Assembly: GCA_963664705.1 (NCBI GenBank)
Contig: OY761556.1
Span: forward strand, 1,504,001 to 1,568,000
Source of the DNA: Acidobacteriota bacterium
GTDB lineage: Bacteria > Acidobacteriota > UBA6911
Length of the DNA stretch: 64,000 bases
Direction of reading: 5' to 3'
Part shown: in pieces, positions 49,524 to 58,569 of the stretch
Numbering within the stretch: position 1 is the first letter of the stretch
Layout of the letters: the number at the start of each line of letters is the position of its first letter
The notes under the pieces: model-generated
What the model saw: the letters and a program-made list of their open reading frames with translations, nothing else
Told to the model about the DNA's origin: nothing
Databases searched by the model: none
Translations under genes and position numbers: made by a program

Positions 49524-52500
49524 TCATTTCTCCCCTAGAAACAGACGGATAATGAAACGAGTACCTTTCCCAAGTTCCGATTCGACGCTGATTTGCCCTC
49601 CATGGTTTTCAACGATGATGAAATAAGATACGGAAAGCCCCAACCCGGTGCCTTGTCCCACGGCTTTGGTAGTAAAAAAGGGCTCAAAAATGCGCTTGCG
49701 GATTTCTTCCGCCATGCCGGGTCCGTTATCTTCAATCTCGATACGCGCCATGCCGCCGTCGCGTACTGTACGCACAATAATGCGGGGCGGTGAAGGCATA
49801 ACGTTCTGGAGCAGCGCATCCTGCATGGCTTCAGCACTGTTGCGGAATAAATTGAGCAAAACCTGCTGAATCTTTTGCGGTTCGCATGGGACCGGCGGCA
49901 GATCTTCTGCATATTGCCGGATGATTTCTATTTTCCTAAAGTCATAGTTCTTTTTCAGGTTGTAATCCGTGCCCGCCAGTTCCAAAGTCTCGTTTATCAA
50001 TGAAGGCAAATCGGCACTGGTGCGGGTTGAATCTGCCTTCCTGCTGAAACTGAGCATATTTTGAACGATGCCGGCTGCGCGCAACCCAGAATCGCGGATT
50101 GTGTCGAGCATTTGGGGGATCCCTCGAGTTTCCGCGTAGGCATGCAGAGCATTGAGAGAAATTCCGCACCGGTCCGCTACCGTCCTGTTCGCTGGCAAGT
50201 CACCGAGCAGCCTGTCTCTCATAACGGAAGCAGTCTGCATCATGCCTCCAAGCGGGTTATTAATTTCATGAGCCATTCCTGCAGCCAACCCGCCTATTGA
50301 GAGCATCTTTTCACTCTGGACCATCATTTCTTCCATCCGTACTTTTTCAGTAATATCATCAAGCCGTATCACTGCCCCTTCTACTCCGTTCGCGATCAAG
50401 GGGAAAATGGTCATATCCTCATAATGCAGTTCTCCCGCTTCACTATAGGAACGGCGTGCTACGTGTCTTGAGTTGCGGTCCTTGATTGAGCGGAAAATTT
50501 CAGACATCTGATCCGAAATGCGAGGAAACACCTCTTCCAGCCTCCGGCCGATCGCTTCACTTGATAAAAGCTTTGTATCTGATTCGGTGCGGCGGTTCCA
50601 TTGGGTTACTTTTCCATTCTGGTCCACTCCGATCAGAACGGATGGCATGGATTGAATTATGTTGGTCAAATAATTGCGAAGCCTGCGCAGTTCTTCTTCT
50701 TCCCGCTTCCTATCGGAAATATCCTTACAGACGGTCAGTGAATAGGTTTCCTCATTGGTAACCCATTTGCGGCTGGAGAGAAGAACAACCGCTACGGATC
50801 CATCTTTTCTGCGAGCGTGCATCTCGCACTGGTTCCCGGTCGAAAGCTCATGCAGCGATTTTGCCCACTGTTCCCATGCAGAAAGGTCCACCCATAAACC
50901 GATATCAAGAGTTGTTTTTCCGGAGATATCTTCAGAGGTGTAGCCGAAAACCTTTGAAAAGGCGTTGTTGGTTTCAATAATCATGCCGTCTGAATCGCGG
51001 GTAACCAAGGATGCATCGGGCAATGTATGAAAATAGCTGAGATATTTGTTCTCTAATTCACGCTTGGCTTCTTCTGCTTTTCTCAACTCGGTTATGTCTA
51101 CCGTGGTACTCAATATGCAGGTTTTGCCTTTAATTTGAACCAGTTTTGCCGAATAAAGCGTGTGCCGTTTTTTCCCGTCTACATTGCGTGTCGTCAAGAG
51201 TTCTTCATTTTGCAGTACCCCGTCTCTCAACAGTTTCTCGTATGCAAGCGCGCTGTGCTCTGGGTTTTCCAGAGTAAACAGTTCGTATTGATTGGAATTT
51301 ACCACCTTATCTTTGGGGACGCCCGCCGCTTCACAAAAAGCTGGATTGGCATCGATGGTATTGCCGTCCAGATCCGAAATTCTTATGCTGAACGGAGCGA
51401 TTTCAAAAATTGTCCTGAATTTTTCTTCGCTTTCCCGTAATGCTTTTTCTGCCGTAATCCGCTCGGTGACATCTTCTTGAACTAGAATGACAGAGAATAC
51501 ATTCCCCTTGGCATCGCGTATTGGATAGAGCTCTCCCTGGAGAATTTTCCTCCTGCCAACGCCCAAAGTTTTTTGAAGATCAAGTTCAAATGGTGGAACA
51601 GTAAGCTGCTCTCCAGAAAATGCTCTTCGAAGAAGAGGCTGCAACCCCACCGCCTCCGTTTGCGGGTCTCGGAATATGTTGTATTTAACGACAGTTTCCT
51701 GCGTATCACCACTCAGCCTCAGGTGCGTTTCATTGGCGTGGATCACGTCTCCAGACGGGGAAAAAACTATAATTGCGAATGGAGACTGATCTACAATGGA
51801 ACGGAAACGGTTCTCGCTCTCGCTCAGTAGCTCTTCGGCTCGTTTGCGTTCACTGATATCACTGGTGCAGACGATCATCCCTGTGTAGTTTCCCTTTTCA
51901 TCAAACAAAAAGCGTCCCGATGAGCGAATCCAGATATAGTGCCCATCCTGATGCTGTAATCGATACTCCACTTCCTGGTCTTTTCCTGTGCGGATTCCGT
52001 CCTGCATTCTGGACATTACGCGAATCCGATCATCGGGATGAACATTGTCGAGGACAGACACGCCCATCAGGCTGTTCGGATCTCTCCCAAATAGCTTCTT
52101 CTGAGCAGGGCCGGCATAGATGTAGCGTCCCTGGGAATCGAGTTCGCTCACAATATCAGACATGTTATCCGTCAAGCGTCGATACATCTCCTCACTTTTC
52201 CGAAGTTTCTCCTCCGCTTCTTTTTGTTGCGTGATGTCGATGCCAACGACAACCTGTTCACCGAAAGGATTTCCGGGTTGCAATAGGGCGGATGTGACCA
52301 GCCCTAAAAACTTTGAGCCGTCCTTTCGACGCATTCGGGTCTCCAAAGATGCAACATTCTTTGTTTTTAATTCTGTCTGAAAATACGTTTTTACCCGAGA
52401 AGCCTCCTCCGGATCGGCATTCAGAGATTCTGTGTGGAGTCCTAAGATCTCATTCTGGTTGTATCCGAACATCTCCCTGCCTGCCTGATTGGTATCAAGA

Positions 52501-52913
52501 ACTTTGCCCTCAGAGGATAGTAAGGTTATTGCCACAGGTGCCGTGCGCAGAACAGTGGCGAGTTTTGCCTCACTTTCGTGAGCCCGCATCGTCATGGTTT
52601 CAAGATTCTGGGCCATTTGGTTCAGGGAATCGGCCAAACCTTTCCATTCATCACGCGATTTGACCAACGCCCGCGCACCAAAGTCGCCTTGAGCAATTTT
52701 TCGCTGAACAGCTGCAATGTGATAAAGGGGCCGTATTGTGAACCGGTTAAATAGGACCATTGCACATACTGTAAGTATGGCTATTCCACCTAGCAGAGCG
52801 AGCATGATCGCGTAATCATTGTGCGTTGAGGTAAAGAAAAAGATGATAAAAACCGCGCTGCCCAGGACTAGAGGTAGTAAGGACAAAAGGAGGAGTTTGT
52901 GCATCAGTTGCAT
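49524..52913 (-). CDS. Sensor histidine kinase (two TM, HAMP, six PAS)
   Basis: Six PAS/PAC units ending in DIT/DIS/DVT; AHEINNPL, DNGPG, FEPFFTTK, GTGLGL. Confidence 0.93.
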   Translation of the reverse strand: MQLMHKLLLLSLLPLVLGSAVFIIFFFTSTHNDYAIMLALLGGIAILTVCAMVLFNRFTIRPLYHIAAVQRKIAQGDFGARALVKSRDEWKGLADSLNQMAQNLETMTMRAHESEAKLATVLRTAPVAITLLSSEGKVLDTNQAGREMFGYNQNEILGLHTESLNADPEEASRVKTYFQTELKTKNVASLETRMRRKDGSKFLGLVTSALLQPGNPFGEQVVVGIDITQQKEAEEKLRKSEEMYRRLTDNMSDIVSELDSQGRYIYAGPAQKKLFGRDPNSLMGVSVLDNVHPDDRIRVMSRMQDGIRTGKDQEVEYRLQHQDGHYIWIRSSGRFLFDEKGNYTGMIVCTSDISERKRAEELLSESENRFRSIVDQSPFAIIVFSPSGDVIHANETHLRLSGDTQETVVKYNIFRDPQTEAVGLQPLLRRAFSGEQLTVPPFELDLQKTLGVGRRKILQGELYPIRDAKGNVFSVILVQEDVTERITAEKALRESEEKFRTIFEIAPFSIRISDLDGNTIDANPAFCEAAGVPKDKVVNSNQYELFTLENPEHSALAYEKLLRDGVLQNEELLTTRNVDGKKRHTLYSAKLVQIKGKTCILSTTVDITELRKAEEAKRELENKYLSYFHTLPDASLVTRDSDGMIIETNNAFSKVFGYTSEDISGKTTLDIGLWVDLSAWEQWAKSLHELSTGNQCEMHARRKDGSVAVVLLSSRKWVTNEETYSLTVCKDISDRKREEEELRRLRNYLTNIIQSMPSVLIGVDQNGKVTQWNRRTESDTKLLSSEAIGRRLEEVFPRISDQMSEIFRSIKDRNSRHVARRSYSEAGELHYEDMTIFPLIANGVEGAVIRLDDITEKVRMEEMMVQSEKMLSIGGLAAGMAHEINNPLGGMMQTASVMRDRLLGDLPANRTVADRCGISLNALHAYAETRGIPQMLDTIRDSGLRAAGIVQNMLSFSRKADSTRTSADLPSLINETLELAGTDYNLKKNYDFRKIEIIRQYAEDLPPVPCEPQKIQQVLLNLFRNSAEAMQDALLQNVMPSPPRIIVRTVRDGGMARIEIEDNGPGMAEEIRKRIFEPFFTTKAVGQGTGLGLSVSYFIIVENHGGQISVESELGKGTRFIIRLFLGEK

Positions 52914-53417
52914 ACTTGCCTCTCCAGCGTAAGAACAATACTCAAAATACACTACGAGCGCTGTGGGATTATATTTTGCCGATTTTTGTTATTTTCTAAT
53001 TCTGCCAGTATTCAAAATGTAGAGATATTGTCAAGCAGGGAATCAGACATCGCTTAATTCCTGGCGCGTGAATTTGCCTGCCAAAACTGCCGCAAAACCT
53101 CCAAGGTTGTCAGGATCCTGGATGCTTTGCGAGGTGGAATGGATTTTGCAGGGTGTTCTAAAAATCACTCAAGGCTGCGTGGTTTTCATTTCTAAAACGG
53201 GTTTTGCTTCTTTCCGTTTTCGAGGAAATGCTTTCCAAACCGCTGGTTCAAGTCTCCTCTCATGTGAAGAAAGAACAGCGCTGTTTAACGAGTGGGGTGG
53301 TAAAAATCGAATGCTATTTGCGCCTATGCGACCTGTCCGTTCCATCCGAGGTTATTATTAGCGCCAGGTGAAGCATCCGCGATATACTGCAAGGTAATAT
53401 TTATTTGGAGGTATCGC

Positions 53418-55955
53418 ATGCCTGAAACTGCAAGCGTAATAACTGCCGGAGCTCCACCGCTCTCAATCGAACCCTATGATCGCGAATGGGGTGTTGGCGT
53501 CTCAGGCCTTGACGAAAATCCATCCCCATTTCCGCGCATCAATAGGATGCTAAAATGGCTAAAAGACCTCCACAGCACCGCCGATTCACAGCGCGCCGTT
53601 ATTGTCACCGAGTGCTTTGAGAAGTACGCGGCGTATCCGCAGAATATCAAATGGGCGCTGACGATGCGGGAAATTTGCGAGCGCGTCGATATCCATATCT
53701 GGCCGGAAGAGCTTATTGCCGGTGAGCTTGCGGCAGCACCCAATGGCGCACCTATCTATCCGGAGTTCTCCATCGACTGGCTTGTGGATGAATTTGAGAA
53801 CCGCCCCATGGAAGACAGGAGAAATGATCGATACGTGATCGCCGAAAAAGTTAAGAAAGATATTTTCAATATCCAGCCGTATTGGAAAAACAAGACTGTC
53901 TCAGAAGCGATCATTCAATCCTATACCGAAGATGAAGCAAAAGGATCCCATCTTGGGAAAGCTGTTTTGTTGGAAAGCCTGTTTATTTATGCCGGTGTCG
54001 GGCATGTCTGCATCAACTACGAAAAGCTTTTTAAAACCGGTTTTGGCGGCATCCGCAGAGAAATCGAAAAAAGGCTTGCTGTTCTAGACACCTCTCTCCC
54101 AGAAAATATCAAGAAGCAGGAGTTCTATAAAGCTGAGCTCATTGTTCTGGAGGGCGTCCAGACATTCATTTCGCGTTATGGCAAACTCGCTTCAAAGATG
54201 GCGCTCACGGAAGCCGATTCAGTACGGAAAGAGGAGTTGGAGCGAGTTGCGTCCAACTGCCTGCACGTGGCGACGGAGCCTCCACGCGATTTTTGGGAAG
54301 CTATCCAGCTTTGGCATATTGCCACGAATATGATTATTATTGAATCAAACGGTCATTCTGTTACCTATGGACGCTTTGACCGGCTGTTTTACCCATTTTA
54401 CAAGCTGGACGTGGAGAAACGCCATCTAACTCGCGAATTCATGCAGGAGCTTATCGAGCATGCGTTTTTGAAAATGCATCAGCTGCGAAAGATCCGCGAT
54501 ACCCCTGCCATTACGTTCGCAAGCGGTACGATGATGGGCGGCACGGCGCTTGACGTCGGCGGCGTTGACGAAGACGGGAACGATAGCACCAACGATTTGA
54601 GCTATATGGTGCTTGACGCACACGCGCACACAAGAATTCCCAACCCCTGGATGGGCGTTCGGCTTCACAAAGATTCGCCTCGGGAATTTAAAATCAAGAC
54701 GTTCAATGTCATACGCATTGGAACTGGTGAGCCGAAGATATTCAACGATGAACCGATGATCAAGTCCCTCATGAACTACGGCAAGCCGATTGAGGAGGCA
54801 CGAAACTATGTCGGTGTTGGCTGCGTGGAACCCTGCGTGCCCGGCAAGACTTACGGCATGCACGATTCCGGCTCGGTAAATCTCTCGAAGATTTTGACAC
54901 TGGCGATTCATGGTGGCCAATGCATCGACTGCGCGTCGACATGCCCTCGATATAAAGTCTGCGCCGGCATCGGAAAGACCCTATCTCTCAATACCGGAAG
55001 CCTTGAATCCTTTCAGAGCTTCGATGAGGTGCTTGTTTCCTTTAAGAAGCAGATGAAATACTGGTGCGATATCCTCATCTCCTGCCTCAATAAAATGGAT
55101 TATGCACAGCAGCGCCTCAAGCCGCTGCCCTACCTCTCGCTCTTGATGGATGACTGCATTGAGTCGGGCAAAGACATTACAGTGGGCGGAGCGCATTACA
55201 ACCACTCGGGTCCTCAAGGCGTAGGTATCGGCACGACGGCCGATAGTCTCTCGGTCATAAAACAGCTCGTATTTGACGAAAAGCGTGTAACAGGCGCCGA
55301 TCTGCTCAAGGCTCTGCGCGCAAACTGGGAAGGGTATGAGCCTTTATATGCCCTCGTCAACAGTGACCGTATGCACCATTACGGCAACAATGATGACTAC
55401 GCAGACGACATAGCGAAATTTGTTATGGCAACCTATTGCGAGAACATCGAGCACCGACCGACACCGCATGGAGGCCAGTACATGCCCGGTGTATTCTCAG
55501 TGACAAATAATGTCATGCATGGGACGGTTGTCGGTGCAACGCCTGACGGCCGCAAGGCCGGCGAGCCTGTATCCGATTGCATCGGTCCTGTCCATACACA
55601 GTATAGTTCGCATGACAGGCGCGGTCCGACCGCTATCGCCAAATCTGTTGCAAAGCTCGACCATGCCCGCATTGGAAACGGAATTATTCTTAACTGGAAA
55701 TTTTCGCCTACCGCTGTTTCCGGCGAGACTGGCCGGGATAACCTCATTGGCCTCATGGATGCCTATTTTGAAGACCAGGGCATGCAGAGCCAGTTTTCCA
55801 TAATCGGCAGAGATATGATGCTTGCAGCGCAGAAGAACCCTGAGAAATACAACAATCTCGTCGTCCGCATCGCGGGTTATAGCGCGTACTTTGTCGAGCT
55901 GAGTCCGGAACTGCAAAATGACCTAATTGGGCGCACCGAGCTTTCTTTCGATTAA
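53418..55955 (+). CDS. Glycyl radical enzyme 1 (substrate unknown)
   Basis: GCVEP Cys loop, VRIAGYS Gly loop, GRFD, YGNNDD, ATPDGR. Confidence 0.93.
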   Translation: MPETASVITAGAPPLSIEPYDREWGVGVSGLDENPSPFPRINRMLKWLKDLHSTADSQRAVIVTECFEKYAAYPQNIKWALTMREICERVDIHIWPEELIAGELAAAPNGAPIYPEFSIDWLVDEFENRPMEDRRNDRYVIAEKVKKDIFNIQPYWKNKTVSEAIIQSYTEDEAKGSHLGKAVLLESLFIYAGVGHVCINYEKLFKTGFGGIRREIEKRLAVLDTSLPENIKKQEFYKAELIVLEGVQTFISRYGKLASKMALTEADSVRKEELERVASNCLHVATEPPRDFWEAIQLWHIATNMIIIESNGHSVTYGRFDRLFYPFYKLDVEKRHLTREFMQELIEHAFLKMHQLRKIRDTPAITFASGTMMGGTALDVGGVDEDGNDSTNDLSYMVLDAHAHTRIPNPWMGVRLHKDSPREFKIKTFNVIRIGTGEPKIFNDEPMIKSLMNYGKPIEEARNYVGVGCVEPCVPGKTYGMHDSGSVNLSKILTLAIHGGQCIDCASTCPRYKVCAGIGKTLSLNTGSLESFQSFDEVLVSFKKQMKYWCDILISCLNKMDYAQQRLKPLPYLSLLMDDCIESGKDITVGGAHYNHSGPQGVGIGTTADSLSVIKQLVFDEKRVTGADLLKALRANWEGYEPLYALVNSDRMHHYGNNDDYADDIAKFVMATYCENIEHRPTPHGGQYMPGVFSVTNNVMHGTVVGATPDGRKAGEPVSDCIGPVHTQYSSHDRRGPTAIAKSVAKLDHARIGNGIILNWKFSPTAVSGETGRDNLIGLMDAYFEDQGMQSQFSIIGRDMMLAAQKNPEKYNNLVVRIAGYSAYFVELSPELQNDLIGRTELSFD

Positions 55956-55975
55956 CGCAGCCAATTGGAGGAAAC

Positions 55976-56959
55976 GTGCTGTTTCGAAATTCTGCCGGTG
56001 AGCCGTGTGCGCTGGTGAACAATATTCAGAAATATACGATCCACGACGGACCGGGCATCAGAACTGAGATTTTTTTCACAGGCTGTGCGATGCATTGCCT
56101 GTGGTGTTCGAATCCTGAGACGATTGCGTTTAGGTCTATAATTGGGTGTTATCCAAACAAGTGCCTGTCGCTTGATAAGTGCTCCTGGTGTGTAAAATCA
56201 TGCCCCCTGCAGGGAGCACCCCTTGAATTCGAAAACGGCATTCTTAAATCCATCCGGATGTCTTCTGTCTGTGATACCTGCTTCCAATGCGCCCACGCCT
56301 GCCCGTCTCAAGCGCTTAAGCGGTGGAGCGAGCTCATGACGGTCGAAGCCATGATCAAGGTGATAAAAGAGGATCTCAGCTTTTATCGAAAGACCGGCGG
56401 CGGTATGACGCTTAGCGGCGGTGAAGTGATGATGCAGTGGGAAGTCGCTGCCATGCTTTTAGAATCGTGTAAGATGTTGGATATTAATACCTGCGTTGAG
56501 ACCGCATTGCATTGTCCCCGCGAGCACATGGAAGCCGTGTTTAAGTATGCCGACCTTGTCATTGCGGATATCAAGCATATGAATACACAAATTCATAAAT
56601 CCTTAACCGGTGTCGGCAATGAGTTGATCCTGGACAACCTTAAAAGGACGGTTGAACTGGGCAAGAAGCTTGTAATCCGCACACCTGTGGTGCCGGGATA
56701 CAATGGCGACGAGGCCAATATGCGGGCGAGCGGCGCTTTTATTCGGGATGAATTGCAAAATGAAATTGTTCAATATCAATTGCTTCCGTTCCGGAAACTG
56801 GGCACCGAAAAATACAATTCGCTAGGTATTCCTTATCCCCTGGGAGATTACCGGCCTCCAGAACGGAGCGCCTGGGAGCATGATCTGCTGCAGTATGCCG
56901 ATATGCTAGTCAATGAATATGGCGTGCCTGCAGTCCCCGGTTCCAGCAAGCCATATTAG
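55976..56959 (+). CDS. Glycyl radical activating enzyme with ferredoxin insert
   Basis: HDGPGIRT, CAMHCLWCSNPE, two extra Cys clusters, SGGE. Confidence 0.93.
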   Translation: MLFRNSAGEPCALVNNIQKYTIHDGPGIRTEIFFTGCAMHCLWCSNPETIAFRSIIGCYPNKCLSLDKCSWCVKSCPLQGAPLEFENGILKSIRMSSVCDTCFQCAHACPSQALKRWSELMTVEAMIKVIKEDLSFYRKTGGGMTLSGGEVMMQWEVAAMLLESCKMLDINTCVETALHCPREHMEAVFKYADLVIADIKHMNTQIHKSLTGVGNELILDNLKRTVELGKKLVIRTPVVPGYNGDEANMRASGAFIRDELQNEIVQYQLLPFRKLGTEKYNSLGIPYPLGDYRPPERSAWEHDLLQYADMLVNEYGVPAVPGSSKPY

Positions 56960-57304
56960 ATCCGAAGCGCTTTCCCCCTCGCGTCCCATAGGAGTTCAGT
57001 TAAGCGCCAATGCCGCGTTTCTATCAACCCTGAGCATCTTTCCCTGCAAAGCGCTACCCGTTGATTCTCCAAGCAGGGATGGGGCCTAATCAAATCCATA
57101 AATTGGATGTCCGCCATGATAGCGAACATACCTGAGCGAAAGCCGGGATCTTGTTGTGAGCGCTAGCGCAAATTCCTATGGAAAATCGTCCACACTGAGA
57201 ACTATATTGATTCCAGACCGAAGAAAAACGACAGCAACACGATATAGTCGCCTGGCAGACAAATGCCATCCGAATCATGAGACTTGGCCGGGATAGGAGG
57301 TCCT

Positions 57305-58447
57305 ATGAAGTCGAAGTCGTCACGGAGGGAATTCCTGCGCGCAGGATTAGCCATGCCCGCCGCCGGGCTTATCTCCTCAAGCACACAAGATGCGTTTTCT
57401 CAAGTGCCTGCCGAGATTACGTATAGAACCCTGGGCAACACAGGGCTGAAGGTCTCCGCAATCGGGTACGGTTTGGGATACGATCCGACTCCCGAAATCG
57501 TCACGCGCTGCATCGATTTGGGAATCAACTACTTTGATACTGCGCCAAACTACGGGAATGGCGAGAGTGAGCGGATCCTCGGAGCTTGCATCAAGGGAAA
57601 GAGAGACAAGGTCGTGGTCTCCACCAAAGCCAACACGAAAACCAAGGCGGATATCTTGAAGGAAATGGATGTCAGTCTGCAGAATCTCGGGACAGATCAT
57701 GTGGATGTGTATCTCCTGCATGCCCGAGATACGGTGGAAAGAGTACTCGATGAAGCGCTTGAAGCTCTGGCGATAGTGAAAAAGCAGGGGAAAGCCCGGG
57801 CTGTCGGGATCAGTTGTCACGACCCCAATAACATGGCGGACCACGTCATAAAATGGAAGTTGGACCTGATGCAGACCACCTACAGCTATGCGATTGGCGC
57901 GCCATTCAGGGATGCGGCGATTAAGAAGGTTCACGATGCGGGCGTCGGCGTAATAGCGATGAAGGTAATTATCGGCTTGACCACGGCTCCAAGGGATTTG
58001 GCCCAGAAACCGCGGCTGAAAGCCGAGGAGACCCCTATTGCAGCGCTCAGATGGGTCCTGCGGAATCCGGCAATCGACACAACGGTTCCGCACCACGGGA
58101 GCATCAAAGAACTCGAGATGAATGTCCGGGCGATGACGGGATCGTACTCTCCGGCTGACGAGAAGCTTTTGTATGTGCGCAATGAACAGAACCGCCCGCT
58201 CTACTGCCGCATGTGTTACCAATGCAAGGGGCAGTGCCCGCAGGGAGTGCCGGTTACGGACGAGTTGCGCTTCCTGGCTTACAACGACTTCGGTCGCAGC
58301 CTTTATCAGGCGCACCTGAGTTTTATGGAACTGCCCAAAAATGTCCGTGATGTGCGTTGCAGCGACTGCTCCTCCTGCGTCATTCAGTGCCCGAATGGGG
58401 TTATGGTAAGGGATCGGCTGATTCGTACTCAGGAGTTGCTGGCATAG
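57305..58447 (+). CDS. Aldo/keto reductase with Tat-like leader and C-terminal 4Fe-4S domain
   Basis: SRREFL, YRTLGNTGL, YFDTAPNYG, CRMCYQC...CP, CSDC...CP. Confidence 0.88.
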   Translation: MKSKSSRREFLRAGLAMPAAGLISSSTQDAFSQVPAEITYRTLGNTGLKVSAIGYGLGYDPTPEIVTRCIDLGINYFDTAPNYGNGESERILGACIKGKRDKVVVSTKANTKTKADILKEMDVSLQNLGTDHVDVYLLHARDTVERVLDEALEALAIVKKQGKARAVGISCHDPNNMADHVIKWKLDLMQTTYSYAIGAPFRDAAIKKVHDAGVGVIAMKVIIGLTTAPRDLAQKPRLKAEETPIAALRWVLRNPAIDTTVPHHGSIKELEMNVRAMTGSYSPADEKLLYVRNEQNRPLYCRMCYQCKGQCPQGVPVTDELRFLAYNDFGRSLYQAHLSFMELPKNVRDVRCSDCSSCVIQCPNGVMVRDRLIRTQELLA

Positions 58448-58569
58448 TGCCTCAATTTGCACTTCGAAAAACGCCACGAATTTCGCGAATTCCACTAATC
58501 TCTGCATTGTGGGATTCGTGAAATTAGTGGCGGCAGGTCGGGCTGCACAATGGGGAAAGGGAATGTGCG

